A stretch of DNA of 32,000 bases from Moraxella nasicaprae (GCF_025643275.1 NZ_CP089977.1:1560001-1592000), one strand, 5' to 3'; counted from the first letter of the stretch, positions 8,162 through 17,644 are shown. Notes: generated by a model from the sequence alone, not told the origin. Translations and numbers: made by a program.

Positions 8162-9010
8162 ATGCTTAAAAAACTAACCCTAACCGCCCTTGCTTTATCA
8201 ATGAGCGTTTCGGCTTTTGCCATTGACAGCTACTAGCATATCCGTAACGCCACCGCCAAGATTGAATATGCTGGGCAGACCTTTTTGGTTGATCCATTTT
8301 TTGCCAAAAAAGGCTCTATGGCAGGCTTTGAAGGCACATTTAACAGCCATTTACGCTCGCCTTTGGTGGAATTGCCAATGCCTGTGAGTGAGATTATCAA
8401 AGGCGTGGATGCCGTGATTGTTACCCACACCCACGAAGACCATTGGGACGAAACTGCCCAAAAAGCCATTCCAAAGCATTTGCCGATTTTTACCCAAAAT
8501 GAAGACGATGCCAAACTGATTCGCTCACAAGGCTTTCAAAATGTACAAGTATTGCACGAAAAATTAACCTTTAATGGCGTAGAACTTCACAAAACAGGCG
8601 GCAGCCACGGCACGGAAGCGATGTACGCCAATCCAACCTTTGCCAAAATTTTGGGCGAGGCGATGGGTGTGGTCATCAAAAAAGACGGACACAAAACCGC
8701 CTATATCGTGGGCGATACGGTGTGGACGGCAGATGTGAATAAGGCTTTGCACAAATATCAGCCTGAATTTGTGGTAATGAACACAGGCTATGCTCGCATT
8801 AACGGCATTGCCGACAGCATTATTATGGGGACGGCAGATGTATTAAAGGCAAGCCAAATCGCCCCAAACGCCAAGCTCATCACCGTGCATATGGACACCA
8901 CCAATCATAATGGAGTGAGTCGTGAAGATATGCGTAAATTTGTGATTGGCGAGAAACTTACCGATAAAGTCATCATTCCTGCTTACGGTCAAGTGATTGA
9001 ATTAAAATAA
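8162..9010 (+). pseudogene. Secreted MBL-fold metallo-hydrolase interrupted by an in-frame TAG at 8234-8236
   Basis: ATG 8162 encodes the signal peptide MLKKLTLTALALSMSVSAFAIDSY, then TAG. The same frame continues HIRNATAKIEYAGQTFLVDP... with the HxHxDH motif THTHEDHWD. Confidence 0.8.
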
Positions 9011-9034
9011 CTTTTAACCAAAACGGAGAAGATT

Positions 9035-9535
9035 ATGAAAACCGCTCTTTTAATCATTGATGTACAAAACGAATACTTTACCTCAGCAGACGGCAAATTT
9101 GACCAATTTAATGTGGACAAAATCGCCCAAGAGATTGCCGATTATGCCCAAAAAGCAAGCGATAACGGACAGCTTGTCATCGGCGTTCAGCACCTGATGG
9201 CAGAGGATTATCCGTTATTTGCCAAAGGCTCGGCAGGGGCAGAGCTTCACTCGTCAATGGCAGGGATTTTGGCGGACAAGCCATTGGTACAAAAAGCCCA
9301 CGCCGACAGTTTTTTAAACACCAATCTGCTTGAGATTTTAAAACAACACGGCATTGAACAAATTGACATCTGCGGGATTATGACTCAAAACTGCGTAACC
9401 CACACCGCACTATCGCCCTTTGCCAAAGATTATAAAATCCGTGTGTTATCCAACCTTTGCACCGCTCCGACTGAGTTAATCCACCAAATCGCCTTAGGGG
9501 CATTGGCAGATAGAGAGTGGATTGAGGTGGTCTAA
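9035..9535 (+). CDS. Isochorismatase-family cysteine hydrolase
   Basis: MKTALLIIDVQNEYF..., conserved K (VQKAHADSF) and the catalytic-Cys context ICGIMTQNCV. Confidence 0.85.
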   Translation: MKTALLIIDVQNEYFTSADGKFDQFNVDKIAQEIADYAQKASDNGQLVIGVQHLMAEDYPLFAKGSAGAELHSSMAGILADKPLVQKAHADSFLNTNLLEILKQHGIEQIDICGIMTQNCVTHTALSPFAKDYKIRVLSNLCTAPTELIHQIALGALADREWIEVV

Positions 9536-9550
9536 ATTTGATAACCATCA

Positions 9551-9582
9551 GCACCGTTTGTACATTGCAGGCGGTGTTTTTT
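9551..9582 (+). terminator. Intrinsic terminator after the isochorismatase-family gene
   Basis: GCACCGTTTG..CAGGCGGTG stem (with G-U pairs) followed by TTTTTT. It is a degenerate member of the ..CGGTGT terminator family. Confidence 0.6.
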
Positions 9583-9616
9583 ATTAAAAAACACCTTTCA
9601 TAAATTCTTAAAAACT

Positions 9617-10054
9617 CTATCCTTTCTGTATCATCTCTTTTTGCTTTGCCAGCACCTTATTTAACATCAGCAAAAAGGCGTGTTTCTCCTCATCATCAAG
9701 CACCGACAACGCCCCCATATTGATGTTTTGGGCGATGTGGGTGGCGGACGCTTGCAAGGCTTTGGCGTGGTCGGTCAAAAAAATCAAACGGCTTCTGGCA
9801 TCTTTGGGGTTTTCACGCCGTTCAATCAGCCCGTCTCGCTCCATTCGTGCCAAAGTGTTGGCAATGGTGGCTTGGGCGACATCGGCAATCTCCACCAGTT
9901 CATTTTGGCTTAAACCGTCCGTTTCCCAAAGGCTTAACAAAATGGGAAATTGGGCAGGGCTAATCCCCAAAGGCTTTAAACCTTCGTGTAGCAAAATGGC
10001 AAATTGGCGGGCAATGTGGTTCATCAAATAGCCAGCAGATTGTAAGCGTTTCAT
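9617..10054 (-). CDS. MarR-family transcriptional regulator
   Basis: Winged-HTH core: GISPAQFPILLSLWETDGLSQNELVEIADVAQATIANTLARMERDGLIERRENPKDARS. Ends with a genuine TAG stop (9617-9619). Confidence 0.9.
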   Translation of the reverse strand: MKRLQSAGYLMNHIARQFAILLHEGLKPLGISPAQFPILLSLWETDGLSQNELVEIADVAQATIANTLARMERDGLIERRENPKDARSRLIFLTDHAKALQASATHIAQNINMGALSVLDDEEKHAFLLMLNKVLAKQKEMIQKG

Positions 10055-10100
10055 AAAATCTCTTTATTTATCAAATGAGTAACAAAAAATTTTATCAACC

Positions 10101-10140
10101 TTAAAAATATAGCTTGCTATTTAAAAACATAGCGTGCTAT
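10101..10140. promoter_or_regulatory. Tandem 20-bp repeat carrying two 12-bp palindromes; candidate MarR operators
   Basis: TTAAAAATATAGCTTGCTAT followed by TTAAAAACATAGCGTGCTAT. Each contains ATAGCnnGCTAT (10109-10120 and 10129-10140). The site lies in the divergent marR/membrane-protein intergenic region. Confidence 0.6.
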
Positions 10141-10199
10141 ACTGTTTTCAGTTTGATAGCTTTCTATCTATTTTAACAAATATCCCCCACAAGGAAAAG

Positions 10200-10652
10200 A
10201 TGATGAACCGTGAAATGTTAAGAAAAATCCATTTAATCGCCAGTCGCACCGCTTTTTTGTGCATTTTTGGCTTTTGGACAAGTACGCTGATAAGCGAGCT
10301 GTTTTTGTCGCAAATGGCGGTGGTGGCGGTCAAAAATGCCATTAGTTATGGCGTATTTGTGCTGATTATCGCAATGGCACTGACTGGGGCGACTGGCTTT
10401 AAAATGGGCGGTAAAGCCAAACACCCAAACATCGTCGCCAAGAAAAAACGAATGCCGTTTATCGCTGTGAATGGTTTGCTGATTTTGCTGCCTTGTGCCT
10501 TTTATTTGTGCCACAAGGCGAATTTGGGGCAATTTGATGGCGTGTTTTATGGCATACAGGCGGTGGAACTTGTGGCAGGGTTTGTCAATTTGGTGCTGAT
10601 GGGCTTGTCTATGAAAGACGGTATGAACATTAGAAAACCAAAACAATCTTAA
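10200..10652 (+). CDS. Small integral membrane protein (about 4 TM segments), function unknown
   Basis: Hydrophobic segments FLCIFGFWTSTLISELF, GVFVLIIAMALTGATGF, FIAVNGLLILLPCAFYL and VELVAGFVNLVLMGL. I chose ATG 10200, preceded by AAGGAAAA. Confidence 0.6.
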   Translation: MMNREMLRKIHLIASRTAFLCIFGFWTSTLISELFLSQMAVVAVKNAISYGVFVLIIAMALTGATGFKMGGKAKHPNIVAKKKRMPFIAVNGLLILLPCAFYLCHKANLGQFDGVFYGIQAVELVAGFVNLVLMGLSMKDGMNIRKPKQS

Positions 10653-10681
10653 TTTTATTTTTTTAACCAACGGAGTTTTTT

Positions 10682-11077
10682 ATGAAATCTTTAAAAAAAT
10701 GTGTTGCCGTGATTGGCACTTTGGCAATGGCAGGGGTGCTTAGTGCCTGTCAAATGGCGGGCAAAAGCCCCCAAAATCCGCCCAATAGTGTGGTGCTGAT
10801 TAACGCTTTTGAAGTGCCAAAAGGCAAAGAAGCCGAAGCGTTGGCATCTTGGCAAAAATCGGCAGATTTTTTGAAAGCCCAAGACGGCTACATCAGCACC
10901 CGTTTGCACCAAAACCTTGACCCCAATGGAAAATTTCATTTGGTAAATGTGGCGGTATGGCGTTCGGCAGAGGATTTTCGGCGAGCAACCGCCAAAATGC
11001 GTGAAACAATGCCTGACAATCAGGTAGAAGGCGTGAAATTTACGCCCAGCTTGTTTAGAGTGATTAGAAGTGATTGA
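10682..11077 (+). CDS. Lipoprotein with an antibiotic-biosynthesis-monooxygenase (ABM) domain
   Basis: Lipobox LSAC. ABM-like LINAFEVPKGKEAEALASWQKSADFLKAQDGYISTRLHQ...LVNVAVWRSAEDF. Confidence 0.7.
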   Translation: MKSLKKCVAVIGTLAMAGVLSACQMAGKSPQNPPNSVVLINAFEVPKGKEAEALASWQKSADFLKAQDGYISTRLHQNLDPNGKFHLVNVAVWRSAEDFRRATAKMRETMPDNQVEGVKFTPSLFRVIRSD

Positions 11078-11088
11078 TTTTTAAAGTA

Positions 11089-11125
11089 AAACACCGCTTG
11101 GAGCAATTCAAGCGGTGTTTTTTTG
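11089..11125. terminator. Bidirectional intrinsic terminator between convergent genes
   Basis: ACACCGCTTG gagcaatt CAAGCGGTGT is a perfect 10-bp stem, with a T-run on the + strand and an A-run upstream. Confidence 0.85.
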
Positions 11126-11162
11126 TTGGTGTGATGAATCAAGGTGTTTGAGTGTTATTTTG

Positions 11163-12590
11163 TCATTGGGGTAGATAGTTTGATAAATCTATCACTTGAC
11201 TGCAATAAAATTTAACCAAATCATGGTCATGGCTGACGATGAGTAAGGCACAACCATTGGCACGACATTGCTCGACCAATAAATCCATTGTCTGCTGCTG
11301 AGTGATGGGGTCGAGTCGTGAAGTGGACTCATCAGCAAATAGGAGCATGGGATTGAGCAGCAAAGCTCGCACGATGGCGAGGCGTTGCAATTCGCCACCA
11401 GAGACGCTGTCCGCCTTGCGGTCTAGCAGGTTGGCATCAAGTTTTAGAGCATTCATCAATGGCATCAGGCGACTTTTATCCACTTGGTGGCGATTCATCA
11501 CATCATCAAACAAGGTGCGAAGTGGCAAATGTGCTGCAAAGGCGGTCGGTGGGTCTTGGTACAGTTTGAGCAGCTGTTCTCGTTTTGGTTGCTGATGCCA
11601 GATGATGTCGCCTGCTTTTGGTGTGATGAGTTTGCATAGCACATCGCCAAGCGTGCTTTTGCCAATACCACTTGCCCCAATGATACCAATAATGTCGCCA
11701 GCGTTAATTTGCAAGGATAGATTGTCAAATAACACTCTATCGCCATAAGAGACGGTCAGCTGATGAAGACTGACCAAAGGCGTGCTGGGGGTATGGGTTG
11801 CTTGGGAGGTGATTTTGGTGTGCCAGCGACTTGGTGCGGCATCAATGAGTGCTTGGGCGTATTCGGAGGCTGGCTTAGCCAGTAGGGTTTTGGCATCGCC
11901 TTGTTCTAATAGCTGACCTTTTTTCATGACCATGATGGTTGCGTTGGGCGTGTTGGATAGGGCGGTTGCCACTTCGATGTCATGCGTGATGGTCAGCAAA
12001 GTACCACCGTCCAACACAATCTGACGCAACAGATCAATGACGATTTGGCGGTTGTGATTATCCAGACCCTTAGTCGGCTCGTCAGCGATGAATATTTTGG
12101 CACCGCCAGCCATCGCCATGGCAAATGCACCACGCTGTGCCATGCCACCTGACAGTTGGTGCAGATAGTGCTGGTCAAAGTTGCTCAGTCCAAGCGTGTG
12201 TAGCAGGCGAGTAGTGTTGTCCTTGGCAAGATGTTTGGGTTGGTGAGCAACCAAATAATGGCTTTCAAACACTTGTCCAAACAAGGCCATCGTTGGGTCT
12301 AGGCTACGAGTGGGTTCTTGGGCGAGCATTGCCATCGTGCTACCCCATAGCGTTTGTAATTGTTTGGTGCTGGCGATTTTGTCCAAATAAAAAATCTTAC
12401 CTTGGGCGTGCAGACCCTCTGGTAATGCTCCCATGATGGCTTGGGCAAGTAGGCTTTTACCAGAGCCTGTCTCTCCCAAGATGGTCAGGGCCTCTCCTTG
12501 ATGTAGGGTTAGGCTGATGGGTTCGACCAGTGTTTGTCCCAAGTGTGTTTGGACGCAAAGCTGGTCTAGGCAGATGATGGGTGTGGTCAT
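11163..12590 (-). CDS. ABC transporter ATP-binding protein with two fused ATPase domains (Nik/Dpp/YejF-like)
   Basis: Two Walker A motifs (GETGSGKS, GASGIGKS), two signature motifs (LSGGMAQR, VSGGELQR) and two Walker B motifs (IFIADEPT, LLFADEST). Confidence 0.9.
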   Translation of the reverse strand: MTTPIICLDQLCVQTHLGQTLVEPISLTLHQGEALTILGETGSGKSLLAQAIMGALPEGLHAQGKIFYLDKIASTKQLQTLWGSTMAMLAQEPTRSLDPTMALFGQVFESHYLVAHQPKHLAKDNTTRLLHTLGLSNFDQHYLHQLSGGMAQRGAFAMAMAGGAKIFIADEPTKGLDNHNRQIVIDLLRQIVLDGGTLLTITHDIEVATALSNTPNATIMVMKKGQLLEQGDAKTLLAKPASEYAQALIDAAPSRWHTKITSQATHTPSTPLVSLHQLTVSYGDRVLFDNLSLQINAGDIIGIIGASGIGKSTLGDVLCKLITPKAGDIIWHQQPKREQLLKLYQDPPTAFAAHLPLRTLFDDVMNRHQVDKSRLMPLMNALKLDANLLDRKADSVSGGELQRLAIVRALLLNPMLLFADESTSRLDPITQQQTMDLLVEQCRANGCALLIVSHDHDLVKFYCSQVIDLSNYLPQ

Positions 12591-13387
12591 TTGGCTTGTC
12601 CTGATAATAATTGAAAGCTAAGCACCAATAGGCAAGTGGCAATGATTGGCTGTATAAAAATCAGCGGTGCTTCATAATAATGAGGAAATAGCTCGGTCAT
12701 CATCAACCCAAGCTCAGCGGTTGGCGGACGAAGTCCTACATTGATAAAACCAAGCGTTGCCAATGCAAGCACTGCATTACCTGCACCATAAGCGGCAAGC
12801 GGCAGTAGCATTGGCAGGATTTTTGGTAGGTAGTGGCGTCTGATGCGATAAAGCAATCCAAAGTCCATCAAGTATGATGCTTCGACTTCTTTACTTTGGC
12901 TCAGGCTGAGTGAAATGGCTCGTGCCATCTTAAAAAATTCTACCCACATGACCAAAGCAATGCCCAAATACAACGCCCAAAATGAGTTTGGGGCGATGGC
13001 GGCAAATAACAAGATGAATAATAAGCCTGGCAATGCCATCACAATATCGCAAATAAGATTAAACACTTTGTCATACACGCCACCAAGGCTGGCAATGATG
13101 CCACATAATAATCCAAAAAACAGCGATACACTCACACTCATCAATGCCATGCCAAATGACAAACGAATGGCGGCAGCGATGCGAGAGAGCATATCTCGCC
13201 CAAAATGATCTGTGCCAAACCAATGAGTTTGATTGGGATTTTGTAGTAGGTTATTTAGATTTTGGGTGGCATTATCCATTGGATAATACCAAGGTTGCAA
13301 ATAGGCAAAACCAACCAGAATAATCAAAATCAGCAGTCCAATACATTGAGTGCCAGACAAAGTGCGAAATCCAAGAAGATGTTTCAT
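12587..13387 (-). CDS. ABC transporter permease (DppC/NikC-like)
   Basis: Multi-TM protein with an N-terminal region typical of DppC/OppC-type permeases (GTDHFGRDMLSRI). Its stop overlaps the ATPase start (ATGA). Confidence 0.85.
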   Translation of the reverse strand: MKHLLGFRTLSGTQCIGLLILIILVGFAYLQPWYYPMDNATQNLNNLLQNPNQTHWFGTDHFGRDMLSRIAAAIRLSFGMALMSVSVSLFFGLLCGIIASLGGVYDKVFNLICDIVMALPGLLFILLFAAIAPNSFWALYLGIALVMWVEFFKMARAISLSLSQSKEVEASYLMDFGLLYRIRRHYLPKILPMLLPLAAYGAGNAVLALATLGFINVGLRPPTAELGLMMTELFPHYYEAPLIFIQPIIATCLLVLSFQLLSGQAK

Positions 13388-13392
13388 TGGTA

Positions 13393-14328
13393 TTACCTAT
13401 GTTCGATGCGTGGGTCAATCAAGGCGTTCATCATATCCACGCACAGATTGAGTAAAACAAACAGCACACCCATCACCAACGCTGTACCCTGAACAATGGG
13501 AATGTCTCTGGCGATGATGGCGTGCACTAAGGCATGCCCAGAACCAGGCCAAGCAAAGAGACTTTCGACAATCACCACGCCCTCAATGAGATAGATGAGC
13601 TGCACAGAATAATAGGCGATGATGGGAATGGCGACATTACGAAGCCCATGACGCCAAAAGGTCTGCCAGTTGGATAGACCTTTTAGCTTGGCGTACTGAT
13701 AATACTCGGTATTGGCGATGGCAACCATGGCGTTGCGAGAGACTCTGACCGACACGACAATCAGACCGATTGCTAAGGTTAAGGCAGGCAAGATAAAGTG
13801 TTGCCAAGTGCCATAGCCTGCTGCTGGTAGCCATTTTAATTGTACCGAAAATAGCGTGATTAGCCCAATACCAATGATGAACACTGGCAGGCAGCGAATG
13901 ATGACGCTTAGCAATAAGCTGATACGATCGCAAGCCCCGTTCGGCTTTTGGGCAAGCCATAGCCCTAGCGGTGGGGCGATGATGATGGCAATGGCAAGTG
14001 CCACTAAGGCAAGATTTAAAGTGTAGCCAAACTGATGAGAAATCTCAGTCCAGACCGCCTCACCACTGACCAAAGAATTACCTAGATTTAGTTGAAACAA
14101 ATCAACAAACCAGTCAAGATAAGCCTGCCACCAAGAACCATCTAAGCCAAGCTCATGGCGTACCAGCTCGGCAGCAGCAGCGTTGGTTTGGTCATAGCCG
14201 TAGCGACTGGCGGCGATACGATACGCCATGTCGCCAGGTAGGCTGTAAGTCAGCACAAAGGTAAGCGTACCTACCGACCAAATGACCAAACCTAGCTGAA
14301 TCAGGCGTTTGAGCAACATTTGTCCCAT
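13393..14328 (-). CDS. ABC transporter permease (DppB/NikB-like)
   Basis: MLLKRLIQLGLVIWSVGTLTFVL..LPGD start typical of DppB/OppB permeases. The EAA-loop region is present (YAKLKGLSNWQTFWRHGLRN). Confidence 0.85.
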   Translation of the reverse strand: MGQMLLKRLIQLGLVIWSVGTLTFVLTYSLPGDMAYRIAASRYGYDQTNAAAAELVRHELGLDGSWWQAYLDWFVDLFQLNLGNSLVSGEAVWTEISHQFGYTLNLALVALAIAIIIAPPLGLWLAQKPNGACDRISLLLSVIIRCLPVFIIGIGLITLFSVQLKWLPAAGYGTWQHFILPALTLAIGLIVVSVRVSRNAMVAIANTEYYQYAKLKGLSNWQTFWRHGLRNVAIPIIAYYSVQLIYLIEGVVIVESLFAWPGSGHALVHAIIARDIPIVQGTALVMGVLFVLLNLCVDMMNALIDPRIEHR

Positions 14329-14334
14329 TGGGTA

Positions 14335-15897
14335 TCACCATGATAATTCATTGAGTCGAAAACTACGCTCAAAAGCGTCTAATTGTAAACCGCTTAGTTT
14401 GTTATTGGCAGCGGCGTTTTGTTGATAGTACACCACAGGCGTGATGGGTTGTTCATCGTAGATGATTTGGGCGATTTGTTTTTGTAGCTCGCTGGTATTG
14501 CTTGCACCATCATTGATTTGATTTAGGGCATCATTAAGCGTTTGGTTGTGCCAATTCATCACACCCCAGTCGCTGCCATTAGGAGCAAAGTCCTCCATCA
14601 ATGCACCCAACGGGTCGGGAATTAGACCGTAATTGCGAGCATAGAGTGCCATTTGTAGCGTGCCATTTTGGTGCGATGCTGGAATGTCTGAGAAGTTACC
14701 AATCGCCACCTCAACATCAATGCCCAGCTTGGCAAATTGAGCTTGTAAGGCGGTGGCAACAATCGGTAATTCTGGACGGTCAGAGAATGTTTTTAGGGTG
14801 AATGCGATAGTTTTACCGTCTTTACCAAGCAGTTTGCCGTTGCTATCTTTTTGATAACCTAACTTTGCCAATTCTTGTTGCAAAGCATCATAATCTGGCG
14901 TGCTATTTGGTGCATTGATTTGCCAATCAGTAAAAATCGGTGGCAAAATTTGATTTGCCATACCGCCATCGATTTTTAGCACTTGTTCGCTGATGCCTTG
15001 ACGGTCGATGGCACGACTAAGGATTTGGCGGAACTTGACATCATCAAAAGGCGGCAATTTGGCATTAACCTTATATTGAATGGTGCGAGCGATGGATTTG
15101 CTGACAATGTTCAAATTTTGGTCAGCTTGCAGGCGTGACAGACTGGCAGCATCTAGGTTAAACACCAGATAGTCAGGTTTGCTTTGTGCCAGCAATGCAC
15201 GAGACTCGCTGCGACTATTGGCAAGATAGGTGATGTGTTTGATGCTGGCTTTTTTGCCCCAGTAATTGTCAAACGCCTCTTGCTCAATCTTTTGAGGCGG
15301 TTCGATTTTGGTGACTTGATAAGCTCCTGTGCCAATCACTTTGACAACCTCTTCTTTATCATTATACGAGCTGGGTGCCAAGATGATGGCGGTAGCGTGT
15401 GCCAAAAATGCAGGAAAAGATAGGTTGGGCTTGGATAGGGTAAATTTGACTTGCTTATCGTCAATTGCTTGAATTTGATGGATATAAGCCTGCTGCAATG
15501 CAGAAGGTTTTTTTAGGGCGATGGTAAGGCTTTTGACCACCGCATCAGCCGTCAAGGGACTGCCATCATGAAACAGCACGCCATCACGCAATTTGACCGT
15601 CCATTCGGTCATTGTCGGGTTGCTTTGCCATTGGGTTGCCAGTCCTGCCGTCAGTTTGGCATCATCATCTGCATCAACCAATGTTTCAGCGATGTTTAGT
15701 CGTTGAAACACAAAACCAGAAGTGCTAGGGTCGTTATTGGTGATTTCCCAAGGGGTAACAATCGTCAATCCCTGCGATGATGTCGGGGTGTCGTTATTGG
15801 TCGTGGCAGACGAAGCGTCTGATTTTGGTCGGTTGAGCAATGTTACAAACAGACCGATAATGGCAATGATGACCACCAAAGGGGCAAATTTTTTCAT
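14335..15897 (-). CDS. ABC transporter substrate-binding protein, family 5 (nickel/peptide/opine type; substrate not assignable)
   Basis: N-terminal membrane anchor or signal sequence MKKFAPLVVIIAIIGLFVTLL, followed by a family-5 SBP-like sequence (WTVKLRDGVLFHDGSPLTADAVV). I chose ATG 15897 over the upstream ATG at 15960. Confidence 0.8.
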   Translation of the reverse strand: MKKFAPLVVIIAIIGLFVTLLNRPKSDASSATTNNDTPTSSQGLTIVTPWEITNNDPSTSGFVFQRLNIAETLVDADDDAKLTAGLATQWQSNPTMTEWTVKLRDGVLFHDGSPLTADAVVKSLTIALKKPSALQQAYIHQIQAIDDKQVKFTLSKPNLSFPAFLAHATAIILAPSSYNDKEEVVKVIGTGAYQVTKIEPPQKIEQEAFDNYWGKKASIKHITYLANSRSESRALLAQSKPDYLVFNLDAASLSRLQADQNLNIVSKSIARTIQYKVNAKLPPFDDVKFRQILSRAIDRQGISEQVLKIDGGMANQILPPIFTDWQINAPNSTPDYDALQQELAKLGYQKDSNGKLLGKDGKTIAFTLKTFSDRPELPIVATALQAQFAKLGIDVEVAIGNFSDIPASHQNGTLQMALYARNYGLIPDPLGALMEDFAPNGSDWGVMNWHNQTLNDALNQINDGASNTSELQKQIAQIIYDEQPITPVVYYQQNAAANNKLSGLQLDAFERSFRLNELSW

Positions 15898-16129
15898 AAA
15901 AGACAACCTTTTGTTTGGTAATTTTATAATATTATAACCAATTTTTTGGCAATGATTCATTTATTTTTTTGATATATGATAATATTATTTATTTTTTTAA
16001 ATATACGAACCATCATTTTTGACATCACATTGTCCATTGTGACTGATGTTATGTTGGACAATGGGCGATGTTGATTGGGAAAATTAAATCCTAGTATTAA
16101 GCTAGGAATTGGCTATTTTTGTCAATATT

Positions 16130-16138
16130 TGCTATAAT
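16130..16138 (+). promoter_or_regulatory. Extended -10 promoter element TGcTATAAT upstream of trhP
   Basis: TTTGCTATAATG lies 40 nt upstream of ATG 16178. Confidence 0.5.
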
Positions 16139-16177
16139 GCTGGGTAATTTTATCCATTGATTATAGAAGCCAAACTT

Positions 16178-17641
16178 ATGACAAGCCAAATCAAAAAACC
16201 CGAACTTTTATGCCCTGCTGGTACCTTTAAAAATATGCAATACGCCTTTGCTTATGGGGCGGATGCTGTTTATGCTGGGCAAGCCAGATATTCTTTGCGT
16301 GTACGAAACAACGATTTTGACGAAGAGAATTTACGAAAAGGCATTGAATACGCCCATTCGCTTGGCAAGCAGTTTTATGTCGTGGTGAATATTCAAGCCC
16401 ACAACGCCAAATTAAAAACCTTTATTGAAGACATTCGTCCTGTCATTGAAATGAAGCCCGATGCCCTGATTATGTCGGACGCTGGCATGATTATGATGGT
16501 GCGAGAGCATTTTCCAGAGCAGGTCATTCATTTATCCGTACAGGCGAACGCTGTAAACTGGGCAACGGTGAAATTTTGGAAACAAATGGGCGTGTCTCGT
16601 GTCATTGTTAGCCGTGAATTATCCTTAAAAGAAATTGAGCAGATTATTGCCGAAGTGCCTGATATGGAAATTGAAGTGTTTGTCCATGGGGCTTTGTGTA
16701 TGGCGTATTCGGGGCGTTGTTTGTTATCGGGTTATATTAATAAACGAGACGCCAATCAAGGCACTTGTACCAATGCTTGCCGTTGGTCGTACAACACTTA
16801 TAAAGCGGTAGAAAATGAAACAGGCGATATTGTCCCTGTAATGCAAAATAATAATCAAAACACAATTTCTAATGCCGAAATTTTTATTCCAAATCAAAAT
16901 GAAAATAGCATTGCCAATGTTAATTTAAATCAGCCAACTGTCAATTTAAATGGCGATGTGATAATGGGCGATGATTATGTCCAAAAGCCGTCCGATGAAG
17001 TGGTGCTGATTGAAGAACAAGGTCGTAAGGGAGAACTTATGGCAATGTATGAAGATGAGCACGGCACTTATATTATGAATTCAAAAGATTTAAGGGCGGT
17101 GGAATTAGTCCCAGATTTAACAAAAATGGGCGTGCATTCCTTAAAAATTGAAGGACGCACCAAATCGCATTATTATGTCGCTCGCACCGCCCAAGTCTAT
17201 CGCCGTGCCATTGATGACGCTTATGACGGCAAGCCATTTGACACAAGCTTGATTACCGCTTTGGACGGTCTTGCCAATCGTGGCTATACCGAAGGCTTTT
17301 TAAGACGGCATATTCATTCGGATTATCAAAATTATGAATACGGCTCATCAAAAACCGACCATCAGCAATTTGTGGCGGAAGTGGCGGAAATTAGCGATGA
17401 CAAATTAACTTTGACCGTCAAAAATAAATTAAGCGTGGGCGATGAAATTGAAATTATGACCCCACAAGGCAATTTGATTTATACCCTTGATAAACTTTGG
17501 GACAAAAAAGGCAATGAAATAGAATCGGCACTCGGTTCTGGTTGGATTTGCCAAATTAATAATCCTTTTAAAGAAATGGACAAAGAAGTGTTAAAATTTG
17601 CCCTTGTGATGAAAAAGGTAGATGAGCCGATTTTTACTTGA
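16178..17641 (+). CDS. trhP: U32-family peptidase-like protein YegQ/TrhP (tRNA 5-hydroxyuridine formation)
   Basis: KPELLCPAGTFKNMQYAFAYGADAVYAGQARYSLRVRNNDF, HGALCMAYSGRCLLS and EDEHGTYIMNSKDLRAV..LKIEGRTKSHYYVARTAQVYRRAIDDA closely match my recollection of E. coli YegQ. Confidence 0.85.
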   Translation: MTSQIKKPELLCPAGTFKNMQYAFAYGADAVYAGQARYSLRVRNNDFDEENLRKGIEYAHSLGKQFYVVVNIQAHNAKLKTFIEDIRPVIEMKPDALIMSDAGMIMMVREHFPEQVIHLSVQANAVNWATVKFWKQMGVSRVIVSRELSLKEIEQIIAEVPDMEIEVFVHGALCMAYSGRCLLSGYINKRDANQGTCTNACRWSYNTYKAVENETGDIVPVMQNNNQNTISNAEIFIPNQNENSIANVNLNQPTVNLNGDVIMGDDYVQKPSDEVVLIEEQGRKGELMAMYEDEHGTYIMNSKDLRAVELVPDLTKMGVHSLKIEGRTKSHYYVARTAQVYRRAIDDAYDGKPFDTSLITALDGLANRGYTEGFLRRHIHSDYQNYEYGSSKTDHQQFVAEVAEISDDKLTLTVKNKLSVGDEIEIMTPQGNLIYTLDKLWDKKGNEIESALGSGWICQINNPFKEMDKEVLKFALVMKKVDEPIFT

Positions 17642-17644
17642 TGT

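Noticed and set aside
2742-8236. Whether the two in-frame TAG codons (2742 and 8234) indicate amber recoding or suppression (for example pyrrolysine-like or a suppressor tRNA).
   Set aside because: TAG is used as an ordinary stop for well-formed genes in the same window: marR at 9617-9619, the merR-family gene at 31318-31320 and the island ORF at 6007-6009. The third broken gene carries TAA plus a frameshift. Simple pseudogenisation or sequencing error is far more likely.
8755-8767. Additional partial DUS-like matches: CAGCCTGAA at 8759-8767, AGCCTGAA near 20905-20912, and AGCAAGCCTGAA near 23083-23094.
   Set aside because: Only 8-9 nt match and they lie inside coding sequence. At that length they are expected by chance in 64 kb of two-strand sequence.
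2415-15937. Numerous antisense or out-of-frame ORFs in the supplied track that lie inside confident genes. Examples are 2415-2825(-), 3195-3566(-), 9720-10031(+), 10233-10670(-), 11302-11595(+), 12915-13208(+), 13637-13960(-) and 15184-15423(+).
   Set aside because: They lie wholly within, or largely overlap, genes with clear family signatures on the other strand or frame. They have odd composition (Cys/Arg/His-rich or repetitive) and no RBS context. They are typical shadow ORFs.
15961-16000. The AT-rich near-palindrome TGATAATATTATTTA upstream of the ABC importer, considered as a Fur/Zur/NikR box.
   Set aside because: It gives only about 10/19 matches to the Fur consensus by hand alignment, no Zur-type TGTTAT..ATAACA half-sites, and lies in a nearly pure A/T stretch where such matches arise by chance.
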